Assembly: GCF_048593235.1 (NCBI RefSeq) | Contig: NC_133619.1 | Span: 616,258,558-616,322,557 of the forward strand | From: Sminthopsis crassicaudata | Taxonomy: Eukaryota | DNA length: 64,000 bases | Reading direction: 5' to 3' | Part shown: positions 42,501-54,492 of the stretch, piece by piece | Position numbering within the stretch: position 1 is the first letter of the stretch | How the letters are laid out: every line of letters begins with the position of its first letter | Notes under the pieces: generated by a model | Database searches by the model: none | The model's input: the letters and a program-made list of their open reading frames with translations, nothing else | What the model was told of the DNA's origin: nothing | Program-made: the position numbers and the translations under genes

Positions 42501-45332
42501 TCACTCAATTCCAATTGTCTCAGCAAGAAAAAAAGAAAAGAAATGAGTTCTGCTTTGGAAATGTGGAGTTTAAAATATCAAGCAGGAGAGATGCTACAAA
42601 GTTGGAGGGCCAATGGTATCTCTGGCAAAGCTGGGCCCGAAGAGAGAGCTCGATGCTCGCCAATGCTGTTCTTCCTGAGGTGCCTCATCTCAGGACCCAC
42701 CAGAGGGATTTTTCCTTGGGAGGGGGTGGGGGGGAAGGCTGACATTTAAGGAAGTTCAGGGGGCTCGCCCCTGCGGAGGCGTGATCCGGGTGGAGGTGTG
42801 CCGTACTCACTTGACATAATATTTGTGCAGCAGGCTCAGGTTCTCCTGGAATAGCCGCAGGTAGCTCTCCAAGGAGTTTTCATTGAGGGCCAGGTAGAGC
42901 CAGGCCCGGCCTGCAACAAGGGACATACATGACTTCCAGCTCTGAAGGGGAGGGAGGGAGGGGTCCCAGGGGAGCTAAGAGAGGGCATCAGGAGCAGCGG
43001 ATGACAAATTTAGACCTGGAAGGGACCCAAGCTTTCTCATTTTACAGTCAAAACCCAAAGCCCAGGAGTTGGATTGCCCAATGGCACACAGCATTACAGT
43101 ACAATAGTAGAGGCCAGTTCTGAACTCAGGTCTTTCTGGGGACCGGGATTTCAAGCACACTAGCATCCACTGCTGCAGTCAGTAGACAGAGGAAAAAGGG
43201 GAACTGGCCCACTCAGAAGGATTAGGAGCTGTAAAATGCTCTCAAAACTCTAGTATCTTCCCAGCTTAGGAAGAAAAATCTTTCTTAACTTGGGGTACGA
43301 TCCTAGATTTAGAGTTGGAAATGACCTTAGAGGTCATCAAGACCCCAACACCAACATTTGACAGATAAGGAAACTGAGGCAAAGAGCTTGGAAGGTACCA
43401 TCAGTGTAGTCTTGTTTGGCACTTTGCTTGTCCAGCCAACCCTGCACTAGGATTTATGTGGGGAGGAGGATGGGGGTGGGGGGTGAGAGGTAGCGCAGCC
43501 TGCCCCCCAGGGTACTTACTGCGCCCTAGGTTGGTGGTCACTTGCTGTAACACCTCAATCTGCCGGATGGCTTCCTTTCGAGTGAAGTGCACCACCAGGA
43601 CCCAGTAGCCGGAGGAGAGATCCTGCAACCTGAGAGAGCCGCAGGACAGGCGTTGGTGGTGGACTAAGCCAGACCAGCCGGCGGCAGTGACAGACCCACC
43701 AGGCCCACAGCAGAGAGTTTAAGGGACACTGAGGCACTCAATTTGTGCACGGGATGCACTTTGAGAAATGATGAATAAAAGGAACCCAAATCAGCTGGTA
43801 AAGACGTATAGGAACTGATGAAGTGAAGTAGAACTAGGGAAACCGTGCGCCACGATTATAACAATGCAATTGGAAAGAACATCAATGACCAAAAAACAAA
43901 AACAAAAACAAAACTGAAAGAGAACACTGGGAAATTACAATTACTCAGTGGTGACTTAAAGAAAAGGAAAAAAATCTATTTCCTTCCTTTTTTTCCCAAA
44001 GGCAAGGACATTATGGATGTGGAATATTGTATATATCACCAAATACTGTTTTCTCTCCTGGTTTTTATTCTGGGATGGGGGACAGAGGAGACAGAAAGAA
44101 GTATTTGGAAATGCTGGTCATATAAAAACTAAAAATATCAATTTAAAAAATAAAGTCAAATCTACATTTTTAAAAACTTACATCTTGCAGAGAGACGCCA
44201 TAGACACCAAAATATTTGTACCGGCACTTTTTTTTTTTTCTTTTAGTGATAGCAAAAGGTTGGAAATAAAGTGGGTGCTCATTACTTGGGGAGTGGAAGA
44301 ACGAGGTGTGGTATGCGAATGTCACAGAATATTTTACTGGGCCATAGGAAGAGAGGAAGATGAAAAATTCAGAGAGACGTGAAGGTCTTGTTGACTAACT
44401 TGTAGGATACAAGACAAGGTAAAGTCATGAGACCCAGAAAACAACATACAAACTGGCAACACCCACCAATGCTGAGAGGCAGCTGAACTTAAATTAACTG
44501 AGATGATCCATCCTAGTCTTAAAGGATGGATGATTAAGGGGAGGACCACGGGAGCAGAGTGTTGTATATGCTACCAGAGGCAAATATTTTGCTGACTAAC
44601 TTTGCTTAAGTGTATCTATTTATGAAAAGGGAGGGTGAGTATATTAAAAAAATGACAGAGATATTAAAACACATATACAAAAGTATCATAAGCTCTAAAG
44701 GGCAGAGCTGGGATTCAAACCTAGGTACTCCAACTCAGTAACATTTCCTTCCTTCCTCCTTTCTTCCTTCTTTCCTTGTCTTTCCTTTCCTCTTTCCTTA
44801 ACTCCCTCCCTTCTTTTCCTTCTTCCTTCCTTTCTCCCTTTCCTTTCTTCCTTCCTTCCTTCTTCCCTTCCTTTCCTTCCCTAATTTCCTCTTTTCTTCC
44901 CTCCTTTCTTCTTTCCTTTTTAATTACTATCTTTTATTATTATTTATGTATTATCTCAATAAAAATATAAATACAACAAACCAATTCTTGCTGAATAGAG
45001 GTCAGAAATCCCCAAATCCCTTCATGCCATTTTAGATACCCACACCTCCCCCAGTCCTTTCTTTAGCTTTGCCCTCAAAGGCATTTCACTGAGATAAGTG
45101 CAGGAAGGCAAAGGCCTTCCCTTCTCGTGCCCAGGAGGTCCTTCTGGAGGCAGCTCCTCCTTCCCCATCTTGCCTGTCCCTTCATATCTCACAGACCCAA
45201 ATGACACAAACGCTGGCTGCCTTACCCATAAAGCAGAGCGTGGTCCAAATGCTCACAGAGACGCTGCAGGACCTTATCATGGTTTCGGATGGCCGGGGTC
45301 TCGTCTTCACAGGCAGCAAAATAACTCTGCAA
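21456..45332 (-). CDS. PLEKHM2: PLEKHM2 (SKIP) coding exons 2-20; 3009 nt in window; exon 1 (about 20 codons) lies beyond the window end
   Basis: Nineteen GT-AG-bounded exons splice in frame. They give the RUN domain, two W-acidic motifs, a low-complexity linker, the PH region and the C-terminus RGRASRDPWC*, matching recalled human PLEKHM2. Confidence 0.97.
22142..22850. repeat. Tandem array of ~123-137-bp MIR 3' halves (~6 copies) in PLEKHM2 intron 19
   Basis: Units start near 22142, 22275, 22401, 22538, 22664 and 22787. Each has aaaatggggataataatgg...gtgagatcaaatgag...ctggcacatagtaggtgct. Confidence 0.88.
23061..23177 (-). CDS. PLEKHM2: PLEKHM2 exon 19 (EFSQERQQLLPPWVIYLSC...WRTIYQ)
   Basis: gcccttag|GAG ... 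CAG|gtaacg; 117 nt; preceded by a 72-nt intron. Confidence 0.95.
23250..23429 (-). CDS. PLEKHM2: PLEKHM2 exon 18 (VIPQGVAPSPCLPCCLVITDDRLF...KEYCIL)
   Basis: tggcccag|GTC ... CTG|gtgagg; 180 nt. Confidence 0.95.
23769..23928 (-). CDS. PLEKHM2: PLEKHM2 exon 17 (GEQCGGCRRSNTTERPHAFQV...QAVSKG)
   Basis: ttggcccag|A ... GGA|gtgagt; 160 nt. Confidence 0.95.
24753..24818 (-). CDS. PLEKHM2: PLEKHM2 exon 16 (NGILYQYPDRTDVIPLLSVNM)
   Basis: gccctgcag|C ... ATGGG|gtaggt; 66 nt. Confidence 0.95.
24940..25130 (-). CDS. PLEKHM2: PLEKHM2 exon 15 (AAAVTVRFYGLVHWEDP...KEHWKSCFVVL), start of PH domain
   Basis: caatctcag|GCT ... CTCAG|gtgggt; 191 nt. Confidence 0.95.
25152..26094. other. Assembly gap in PLEKHM2 intron 14 (other gaps: 2728-2933, 33663-33796, 50019-50343, 54613-54832, 62356-62516, 62810-63002)
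   Basis: N runs. Exons 14 and 15 join in phase (ESKCE|AAAVTV), so no constitutive coding exon is missing. Confidence 0.95.
27970..28102 (-). CDS. PLEKHM2: PLEKHM2 exon 14 (FFLVSLKSAMIKGCREPPYP...ESKCE)
   Basis: cttcctcag|G ... GAG|gtagga; 133 nt. Confidence 0.95.
29150..29350. repeat. (TC)/(TCTG)-type low-complexity pyrimidine tract
   Basis: Direct inspection. Confidence 0.85.
29634..29722 (-). CDS. PLEKHM2: PLEKHM2 exon 13 (VGLDQQTVKLVCTNRRKQFLLDTADVTLA)
   Basis: tttcaccag|GTG ... GCTGA|gtaaga; 89 nt. Confidence 0.95.
30181..30245 (-). CDS. PLEKHM2: PLEKHM2 exon 12 (ATEKPYLVEEAVSYNELDYIS)
   Basis: ttctcttag|GG ... TCG|gtgagt; 65 nt. Confidence 0.95.
30920..31010 (-). CDS. PLEKHM2: PLEKHM2 exon 11 (MIRMSTGHMEGNLQLLYVLLTDCYIYLLRK)
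   Basis: cacccag|ATG ... AAAG|gtagct; 91 nt. Confidence 0.95.
31420..31489 (-). CDS. PLEKHM2: PLEKHM2 exon 10 (VDNNHLLLLMIHVFRENEEQLFR)
   Basis: ccctcacag|A ... AGG|gtaagt; 70 nt. Confidence 0.95.
31815..32645 (-). CDS. PLEKHM2: PLEKHM2 exon 9 (VTKKKKTGKKKK...EDSGVDEGQGSPLEMSHPSEF)
   Basis: ctggtccag|G ... TTCAG|gtgaga; 831 nt, in frame with ORF 31811..32569. Confidence 0.95.
33455..33895. repeat. Degenerate (TCTA/TCCA)n microsatellite spanning a gap
   Basis: Direct inspection. Confidence 0.9.
34463..34688 (-). CDS. PLEKHM2: PLEKHM2 exon 8 (GDLTDTVSCPRSTASD...ELEVI)
   Basis: cgtcccag|AT ... ATCAG|gtcagc; 226 nt. Confidence 0.93.
35085..35570. repeat. Long purine-rich low-complexity tract with degenerate repeats (gagaggcagaagtgggggacagga)
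   Basis: Plus strand is almost all G/A for about 480 nt. Confidence 0.85.
38238..38297 (-). CDS. PLEKHM2: PLEKHM2 exon 7 (DYDFGDVFPAVPSVPSTDWE), 60-nt symmetric exon, second W-acidic motif
   Basis: catttttgtag|AT ... GAAG|gtgggg; phase 1-1; peptide identical to the recalled human sequence. Confidence 0.92.
39859..40045 (-). CDS. PLEKHM2: PLEKHM2 exon 6 (DAPYLDLAPY...LEWDDSAIAPSSE), first W-acidic motif
   Basis: atcctcag|GAT ... GAGG|gtcagt; 187 nt. Confidence 0.95.
40771..40858 (-). CDS. PLEKHM2: PLEKHM2 exon 5 (NALVCSHDHLALFLTLVSGLEFIRFDLDL)
   Basis: tgtttcag|G ... CTG|gtgagt; 88 nt. Confidence 0.95.
42390..42540 (+). mobile_element. Full-length WSINE1-like SINE
   Basis: ggggcagctagg head to A tail, flanked by an approximate TSD aaagaaa(a)tgagt(c/t)ctg. 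Confidence 0.8.
42811..42910 (-). CDS. PLEKHM2: PLEKHM2 exon 4 (RAWLYLALNENSLESYLRLFQENLSLLHKYYV)
   Basis: tgttgcag|GC ... GTCAA|gtgagt; 100 nt; RUN domain core. Confidence 0.95.
43520..43629 (-). CDS. PLEKHM2: PLEKHM2 exon 3 (LQDLSSGYWVLVVHFTRKEAIRQIEVLQQVTTNLGR)
   Basis: ctctctcag|G ... CGCA|gtaagt; 110 nt. Confidence 0.95.
43740..44700 (+). mobile_element. Old L1 3' fragments
   Basis: Degenerate L1 ORF2 end and 3' UTR motifs (gaactgatgaagtgaagt; aaaatatttgta..gcactttt; ggaatattttac). Confidence 0.6.
44745..44920. repeat. (TTCC)n-type pyrimidine microsatellite
   Basis: Direct inspection. Confidence 0.9.
45226..45332 (-). CDS. PLEKHM2: PLEKHM2 exon 2 (LQSYFAACEDETPAIRNHDKVLQRLCEHLDHALLYG)
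   Basis: ttctccag|TTG ... TATGG|gtaag; 107 nt. Confidence 0.95.
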
Positions 45333-46446
45333 CTGGAGAAAGCAAAACAAGACAGAGACAAAAGCCTAGAATTAGCTTCAGATACAGAGCCGCTGTTACT
45401 GAGGAGCAAGATGGTCATCTTGTTTCCTGAATGGGAATCTCCACTACGACATCAATCATTTCCCCAGAAAGCATTTATGAAGCAGTGTTAGGGCCTGGGA
45501 TCACATCCAGCCCCAAAGGAGACAATCCCTGCCTTCAGAGAGCCTCCTTTCTACATCCCTTCGAAAAATAAATTAAAACATTTTCCACATGAAGCCCTTT
45601 GAATGCTGGAGAGCTGCCGGAACCCCACTAAGCCTTCTCTTCTCCAAGTGAGACACCCCATCCAACTTTACAACAGAAAAGTCTTTTAGTCAGCGTCAAC
45701 ACATCCAATGTTCTAGCCACTGATTCAGCCAGGTCTCAATTGCTCCTGGTGGTAGGAAAAATGAAACCCACTGATGCAATCAAAGGAAGAATTCCACTTA
45801 CCATGCTATAGATGGTTGAGCATGGTGTAATTCCTACTACCTAGGGGGAGACCAAGACTGGTAGAGATCTTGAGTTTGGGAGTTGTGACAACAGGGCTAA
45901 AGCCAATGTGATGGGAGCAGAGGCCCACCAGCCTGCCTAAGGAGGGGCAAGAGAGCAGCTTAAAGCTTCCATACCAATCAGCATTGATATGGGGCCTTGT
46001 GAGTGGTCCATATACTTCAGGCCAGGTAGGACTCCCAAAATAGAGAGACTAAGGCTCAAATAATAAAATAATATGCATTATTTATTATAATAAATATATT
46101 ATAATATGTTGTTAAATGCAATTACATTAAATAAATATAAAATAATACTAAATGAAATTAAAGGTTTAAAAATGCTAGAGTTCCGAGGACCTATGCTAAA
46201 GCATCTTGACTAATAATGGTACAGAATGAAACATGTTTTGAATACAGTCAATGCATACATTTGTTTTATTTGATTTATGTTTGTTACAATAGGGAGGTCA
46301 TTTTACAAGGGAGAGAAAAATAGGGGGATAAGAAGCCAATGATAAGCATAGGGCTTGAACCTCCGATTTCACTGAGATAGAGAATGGTGGATGAGGAAAT
46401 ACCTTCTCCCAACATAGGTTGTATTTTATAAATTAAGAGTCGTAGA

Positions 46447-46686
46447 GTTGCCTCCTCAAACTTTTTGGTCTCAGGATGACTTAAAAATGGAGGGTCTTCC
46501 TAAGAGCTGTTATTTATGTGTGTAATATCATTATTTACTAATCAGAAATTAAAACATTATATATTACAAAATATTGTATTTGTTATACATTATTATAAAA
46601 TTTATTATATTATATTATAAAAATCTGATTTCGTGGACCTGCTGCAGACCATAAGGGACATCCAAACCACACTTTGAGAATTGCTG
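46447..46686 (+). mobile_element. MER33-like hAT-Charlie MITE fossil
   Basis: Ends resemble the recalled MER33 consensus: ctcaaactttttggtctcagga ... cacactttgagaattgctg. Confidence 0.65.
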
Positions 46687-47277
46687 ACCCAGGTCCTGAA
46701 GTACCTCTGGAGTACAAAGCCAGTTCTACATCTTTTGGAGTAAAGCCAGTTTTTTAGCTATTATTCCATATTACCACTTAAAGGGCCACTAGGTGAAGCC
46801 ATCCTGTAAAAAGCATCAGGTTCAGAGCCAGGAAGATCTGAGTTCAAGTGTAACCTCATATACATAATAGTCTGACTGTGTGACTCTAAACAAGTCATTG
46901 ACCCTGTTTATCCCAATTTCCTCATAGGTAAATGAGCTGAAGAAGGAAATGGCAAGTCAGGACAATGTCTTTCCCAAGAAACTCCGAATGGGGTCACAAA
47001 GAGTTGGACATGACTGAAATGACTCAACAATAATGCTAACACTTATAAAAAGAAATGATGGAAGGAGGAAGAGGAGAGGGAGATACATGAGGAGAAATAA
47101 AAGAGGAGAAGGGAAAAAAAGAGAAAGAACAGGAGGAGAAAGGAAAGATTGTCAATGAAGCATCTAAAAAAATACACATAGAAGAAAAAAGTTCAGAGGG
47201 AGACAATAAGCAGGACAGCTGGAACTAAAGTATTGACTTTTATTATGTGCTTTTAAAAATACAAGTTATACATAACA

Positions 47278-47408
47278 TGTATGGGACTACCTGCCATCTA
47301 GGAGAGGGGGTGGGGGGAAGAAGGAAAAAAACCAGAAAGTTTTGCAAGGGTCAACATTGAAAAATTACCCATGCATATATTTTGTAAATAAAAAGCTATA
47401 ATAATAAT
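47278..47408 (+). mobile_element. Very short L1 3' terminus nested in an older L1 fragment
   Basis: atgggactacctgccatct...aataaaaagcta; ~23-bp TSD aaaaatacaagttata(c/t)ataaca at 47255-47277 and 47409-47431. Confidence 0.75.
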
Positions 47409-48889
47409 AAAAATACAAGTTATATATAACAGATTTATTGTCTCACATATACTTCCCTTTCCCCCCTTCATTGCATGTAAAAACGTTTGCCAAATTTAGA
47501 ATAAAAAAATTGAAAACAATAATCGCTGCAGAAATCGGGATGATGTTTACTCCACTTTGCATCAGTTGCTGATCGGAGATGTGTATGTTCCCGAAGGGCA
47601 GGGTGCTGCTTTATCTGCTCTGCACGATCCATGCCCTGAGACACCCAAAGCCTCTGAACAACAAGGAGGATGATGGAGTGAAAGGAGCGGTTCCGAGTCC
47701 TTGCCTTGCTGTAGGTAACTGGGGGCAGCAGGGGTGCTGCAGGTTAATGATGTTAGATGAGTTGGCTCTTTTCAACAGGGGACAGCTCAAGAGATCGTGG
47801 GTGGCTGTGTCTACCGGAGGGAAAGAGGCTGTGTCTCCCTACCAGGCAGGGAGCTGGGTGCGGGCCAGGTTTGTGAACCTGCTCATCCAGGTGGGGTGGG
47901 GGTGGAAGGGCCAGGGTTGCCAGAGGAGATGCTGACTCATGGGGATCCACCTGAATCAACACTGGGTGGAAACACAAGGAGGCTGATAAAAGCATCCCGA
48001 GTTCTCCCATACTATCCCAGAAGGGCAGATATGAGGATAGAGATTCCCCAAAGAAAGGTCCTGGGGTAAGGAAGTACCCCCCAGCGCCCCATGGGATTCT
48101 CTTGCTCTTCCCGGATACATCTGAGCCTCGCCACTGTTCAGAGGGCACAGAAGACTGATAGAGAGAGCGGGATTCCGGACAATTGGCCCCTCAGACCCAC
48201 CAAAGATCTTCTTCTGGGCCTCCTGATGACCACCATCAGTGGTAGTCAAGATAAATTCCCCCGGGATTCAGAGCACTGGCTTCTGGAATGGGGCCAGCCA
48301 TTCACCCCCTATAACAAATGGAGCTTCTCTCCCCATCAAGGTCTAGCCTTGCTGCCAACTTGGGATAATGCCATTAGGCTTGGCTGGGAATGCCCAGAGC
48401 CTGGGAGGTTCCAGTTCAAATCGGGGGGCCAGCAAAGAATGATGGGTTGGTCCAGGATCCCAGCCCAAAGAGTCTGTGGGGACCCCTGAGCATCTCCCCT
48501 TTTAGTCCTAGCCCAAAGTACCCAGGCTCTGAACTGTTAGAGACAGGAAGTTTGCTGCCAAGAATTTTCTATTTCTGTGAATCTGCCACCTAAGTGCTCT
48601 CCATGTAAAAGGAAGCGGTATGGTTTGTGCCTGGAATGCCAGCAGTGGGAACAGAGGACCTGAGTTCGAATTCTCACTCTGTCACTATTCCCCATGTAAT
48701 CTGGGCTAAACACAATCTCCCTGGATCCCCGTTTTCTCCTCTGTAAAATGGGGATATTCTAGCACCTACCTTGATCAAATGAGACAATGTAAAGTGATTA
48801 GCATAATTCCTGGCACACAGTAAGTACCTAATAAATGCTTACTTTTTTTCCCTTCCCCTTCACTCAAGCCATGATCTTCAGCTATCTCT

Positions 48890-49070
48890 GATTAAGCCAA
48901 ACCAACATATACTATGGTACTTGGTGATTTCAGTGCAAAGTTTGGGAAAAGATGAAGATAAGGAAAATATATGAATCAAAGGATATTTCTGGAGGAAAAA
49001 ATGATTGATATTACTTATAGATTATATAAAAGCCTCATACTTCTGTACCAAAAGTACTTTAAAAAAAGTT
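48890..49070 (+). mobile_element. RTE-clade LINE endonuclease fossil
   Basis: atggtacttggtgatttcagtgcaaagtttggg translates to MVLGDFSAKFG (APE motif GDFNA). Confidence 0.55.
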
Positions 49071-50989
49071 GTAGGCTTGGGGTCAGGAAGGTCTGAGTTC
49101 AAATTAAACCTCAGACTTTTAATGGCTGCATGACGGGGACACAGTGTCCTCATCTATAAAATAGGGATCACAAAGGAATATGGAAATATGTTTAGTTGCA
49201 GTGAGCACAGCACCTGTTTCCCAGGGACACTGCACCAAGCATGTGCTTTATCAACTTTGAGTTCATGTGATGCGGAAAGAAGTCAGGAAACATGAGTTTA
49301 AATCCTGCATCTGAAGCCCCATATCTGAAACTCTCTGTGGGTCTCAGTTTCCCCACCTGTAAAATTAAAAAAAAAAAAAAAAAAGGGCTGGGGAACACAA
49401 CTTCTGAGGTCCCTTATGGACCTGTGATCTATGACCACAAGAGTCATGGCAACTGTTGATCAGGATTTGGCTCTATCCATTTACTGCTGGCGCATGAGCC
49501 TGCCCTCCAAGAGAAAATACAAATCTCTTGTGTGATGATCAACTGCAATGGGCCTGGCTCTTCTCTGCAGAGCAGTGATTCAAGACAATTCCAATAGACT
49601 TGGGATGGAAATGACATCCACGCCCAGAGAGAGAATTAAGGAGACTGAATGTGGATCAAAGCACAATATTTTTGCTTTTTTTTTTTTTTTAAAGTTTTTC
49701 TTTCTTGTCTTGTTTCTATTTTGTCCTGATTTTTCTTCCCCAACATGACTAACATGGAATAGATTTAACATGATTATACATGTATACCCTTTATCAGATT
49801 GCTTATTGCCTTGGGGAAAGAGGTGGGAAATAAGGGAAGGAAAAAAAATTTAAACTAAAAATCTTTCAAAAATGGATGTTGAAAGTTATCTTTACATGTA
49901 ATTAAAAAAAAAAAGAATACTATTAAGTGGGAAAAAATATTTTAAAAAGAAAATACAGGGCAGCTAGGTATGAAGCACCAGCCCTGAAGTCAGGAGGATC
50001 TGAATTCAGATCTGGCCTNNNNNNNNNNNNNNNNNNNNNNNNNNNNNNNNNNNNNNNNNNNNNNNNNNNNNNNNNNNNNNNNNNNNNNNNNNNNNNNNNN
50101 NNNNNNNNNNNNNNNNNNNNNNNNNNNNNNNNNNNNNNNNNNNNNNNNNNNNNNNNNNNNNNNNNNNNNNNNNNNNNNNNNNNNNNNNNNNNNNNNNNNN
50201 NNNNNNNNNNNNNNNNNNNNNNNNNNNNNNNNNNNNNNNNNNNNNNNNNNNNNNNNNNNNNNNNNNNNNNNNNNNNNNNNNNNNNNNNNNNNNNNNNNNN
50301 NNNNNNNNNNNNNNNNNNNNNNNNNNNNNNNNNNNNNNNNNNNAATGTGTGCTTTTAAAAAATTCCTTGTATTTTAATAAAACCTAAAGAAAAAAAAAAA
50401 AAAAGAAAAAGAGTCTCTCTTCTTCAAAGCTTAGCTCAGATAGCTCCTACTCTGTTTTCCCTATTTTGCACCTCCTTTCTACTCCCCATTCTACTCCATT
50501 AAATACTTAATTTATTTCAGATTAATAAAATATTTAATTTAATTATTAAATTAAATCTGATCCCCCTTCTTACTTTATGATTGGGTATTTCCTTATGTTC
50601 ACATATGTGAATGTTGTTCAACAATTTTCAGCTGTATCTGATTCTTTGTGGTACCAGCTAAGGTTTTCTTGGCAACGATACTGAAGTAGTTTGTTATTTC
50701 CTTCTCTAACTCATTTTACAGATGAGGAAACTGAGGCACACGGGAGTGACTTACCTAGGGTCACATAACCACTAAATATCTGAGGTTGGATTTGAATTCA
50801 GACCTTCCTGATTCCAGACCCGGTGCTCTCTGTGCACCATGGCACCACCTAGCTAACCTTGGCTTTATTATATTATTCATTAGAACATACGCTACTTGAG
50901 CATGGGATTACTAAACCCCAAGAAAGGGTGTGTGAAAGTTCATGGCCAATGAGACCTGCTGCCAGTTTAGAGAAGGGCACATGTGGTCC

Positions 50990-51330
50990 CAATTTAGGAA
51001 AAAAGAACAGAATGAAATCTACAATCTATCAGCCAGTGACGGTGATCCCTGGCAAAATTTTAGAATCTATTATTAAAGAAATGGCGGGTGAACCTCTTGA
51101 AGAGAACACGGTGATCCCAGAGGGCCTTTGGCAAGAACAGCCTACACCAGACTGACTTTATTTCTTTGTCTGCCAGGGTCACTCCACTGGTACCCTGGGG
51201 AGAGATGCTGGAGATGGAGGCCACCTGGATTTTTAGCAGAGCCTCCGATGGAATCTTCCGTGCTGTTCTTGCAGAGATAATGGAAGGATGTGGACCAGGT
51301 TTCAGTAGAATCTGATAGATTTGGACGCTA
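50990..51330 (+). mobile_element. CR1/L3 LINE reverse-transcriptase fossil
   Basis: YQPVTVIPGKILESIIKE resembles the CR1 motif YRPVSLTSIPGKILEQIIK. Confidence 0.7.
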
Positions 51331-54300
51331 GTTCAGAAAGCTTATGAATCTATGATTTAGAGAGCTGCCTTTTTTTTTTTTTTTTAAACTTTGTGTAGTC
51401 CAGGTTCCTTTAAATATATGTTGAGTAAAAATGAATGTAGAGAGAATAGGAGATAACAAGAGGGATAGTCCAAAGGTTGCCCTGGAAGCTCCAAAATATG
51501 AAAAGAACCAGACACTGAGGACTGGTGGAAAGACAAGAATAAGAATCTTAAGGGATAAAAAAGTACAGATGGGCTGCAATCTGTTCCAGTGAAGGGAGAT
51601 CATCACAATCCTTTGAACTAATGAGGTCTTACCTCCAGGACATAACCACAAACTATCCAGGTTTTTCTTCCTTAAAACTGCCCTTCCTTCATCCTGGCTC
51701 TTAAGCAGCAAAATGGAAGCAGCCCATCAGAAAGACCAGGGTTCGACCTGGATCCCTGCTGGTTATGTGACCCCAGGCCTGCCATTTAAGATGGCAACCC
51801 ACCATGTATATATATATTATTTTACTTCTACTTTAACATATTTAACATGTATGGGTCAACCTGCCATCTGGGGGACGGAGGGGGGGGAAGGAGGGGAAAA
51901 GTTGGAACACAAGGTTTTGCAAGGGTCAATGCTGAAAAATTACCCATGCATAAAATTTTTCTAAAAATTAATTAAATTAATTTTTTTTTTAAATGGCAAT
52001 CCACATTGATGAGAGTAAATTCCTTCCGGAGTGCTCCTACAGCAGGGGGGAAAAAAATCCAAAATGTGTTATAAGGCTATCGCTCAACCTCAATGGGCCT
52101 CAGTTTCCTTATCTGTAAAATGGTCTCTGAGGCATCTTCCAGCACTAAATTTATGTTTATGATCCATGGTGGAATAAGGACGGGATTCCTTCTAAACACC
52201 AATTTTTATTTTAATTAGTGATGTTAATTTAGCCCATAATCAATATTATTAACTGAATATTAGTATTCATATTGAGACATAATAGATATGATATAAAGCT
52301 GACCTGAAAGTCAGAAAGATCTGGGGGTTCAAGTTCAGTCTATGGCCCTCTGGACAAGTCACAACCTCTCAATCTACCTCTAAGTCTCTAAACTGGGGAA
52401 GAGCACCTCTTCATTAAATGTCCATCAAACGTGGTTGTCAAGGGAGCTCCCTTTCAGAAGTCACACAGATTTAAGGCATTTCTGAGTCTCCTTTGGCATC
52501 TTTATTTACCAGAAGAAACCACGGACCATCAATCTATTGATTACAGGCTAGCCTAATTAATAAACTGACTATTAAATATTGGAAAAAAATTAATCGGGGA
52601 AGAGTTACAATCTTCTTTGGCGGAGGGCTTCCCCATCCAGGAGAGAAGTCACAGGAGTGGAACCCCCCCCCCCAAATAAAACCAAAATCTGCCCTGGAGC
52701 TTGCCCTGCCCCCACGGACTGGCAGCTCCTTTCCCACAGAGTCCTGTCCAGCTTCTCTGGGAGGAGACTGTCAGCTGACCACTCTCCATCCCGTGGCTGC
52801 CCTGGCTGCTGGCCTGACTAAGAGCATTGTAATCTGGGCCAGTCCCACTCTCAGTGAGGGACTTCCCGGCAGCCCCTGCTTTGGGCCTCTGCCCTCCCCT
52901 CCCGCCCACTCCAGTCCTGGGGCTCAAAGTAGGAACTCCTCCAGTCTGGGGTTCCCATAACAGCATCTGTGGAGTATGAAGAATGCTCTGTTACTCCCTG
53001 GCGGCTGCCCACAGTTGGGGCACACAATGTTGCCCAACCTCGCTTTCACACAGGCTGAAAACTTGGGGGGCTGGTCTCCCTCTCTCAGCTCAAAGGAGCC
53101 AAGGATTCTAGATTAGGTTCCTTCTGGAACCCTGGAGATTATTAAATCCCACCCACCCATTTGACAGATTAAAAAACTGAGTGAGCCCAGAGAAAGGGAG
53201 TAACTTGGATTTATCAATCTAGCATCAGGAGGGGTCTTAAAATTCACTTGGCCCAATGGTCTCATTTCACTGATGTGGAAGCTGAGGATCAGAAAGGGAT
53301 GTAATTTGTTCAGGGTCACACAGTCAGTAAATTCTGTGCCAGGAGAAAGCCTGGTGGCTGGGCATCCAGGTGTATAAAAAGTGCTTTGAGTTCCTTAGGA
53401 AATATGGGGATGGGCACCTCCTACCCAGGAAATCCCCTCCTGGGCATATTGTTCAAGGAATTAATTCAAAGATGGGAAAAAAGACTCCCTGTATTCTCAG
53501 CAGCAATTGTTGGATTAGCAAAACAAGTGGAGACAATGTGAGTATCCATTGATTGATAGTTGGAAAGAAATTTGGCAAGTGAATATGATTTAACTTTATT
53601 GTATTCAGTCATTTGAGTCACATTTGACTCCTCATGACCCCAACTGAGGTTTGCTTGGCAAAGATATTGTAGTTAGTTGCCATTTCCTTTTCCAGCTCAT
53701 TTGAAAGATGAGGAAACTGAGGCAGACAGGTTTAAGTGACTTGTCCAGGATCACCCAGCTATTAAGAGTCTGAAGCTGGATTTGAACTCAGCTTGCTGAT
53801 TTTAAATTTGGTGCTCTATCTGCAGGATCACTTGGCTGCCTGTACTGGGATGAATAACAATCTTGGGCAAATCCTTTAATTTCTTATTGCCTCTAAATAT
53901 TGCAAAACAATTGCACATTTACATTGGCAGAATTTCCTCAAAGGGCACTCCTTGCACTGGTGAAACTGTTGGATCGTGATGGAAGGGACCTTAGAGGTCA
54001 TTGCATCCAAGCCTCTTTATAGACGAGTGTTTTGTCCAAGATCACTGTCAAGTGTCAGAGAGGAGGCCTCATTCCAAATCCAGTGCTCTACCCACTAGAC
54101 AACCCTGTCTTTGTCATGAATCCCTCAAAGACAAGACAAGACAAAAATATGAGGAATTGACAGAAATATGAGTAGACTCTCATGAACCAGAAAAATAATT
54201 CACACAATGTGTATCATCATAAGAGCAAAAATAATTCAGCTGTATTTTAATTTACTTCAATGTCTCCTCTAGAACTTGGAGAACAAATAATGATAACTCT

Positions 54301-54331
54301 CTTCTTTGTCAAGATGTGAAGGAGCAGTTAA

Positions 54332-54492
54332 TTGGTGCAGTAGTTAGAGCATCAGTTCCAGAGTCAGGAGGACACTTACTAGCTGTGTGATGTTGGACAA
54401 GTCACTTAACTCCAATATGTCTCACCGAAGAAGAAGAAGAAGAAGAAGAAGAAGAAGAAGAAGAAGAAGAAGAAGAAGAAGAAGAAGAAGAA
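54332..54492 (+). mobile_element. WSINE1-like SINE ending in a (GAA)22 tract (54427-54492)
   Basis: SINE head and core followed by a pure GAA triplet run. Confidence 0.75.
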
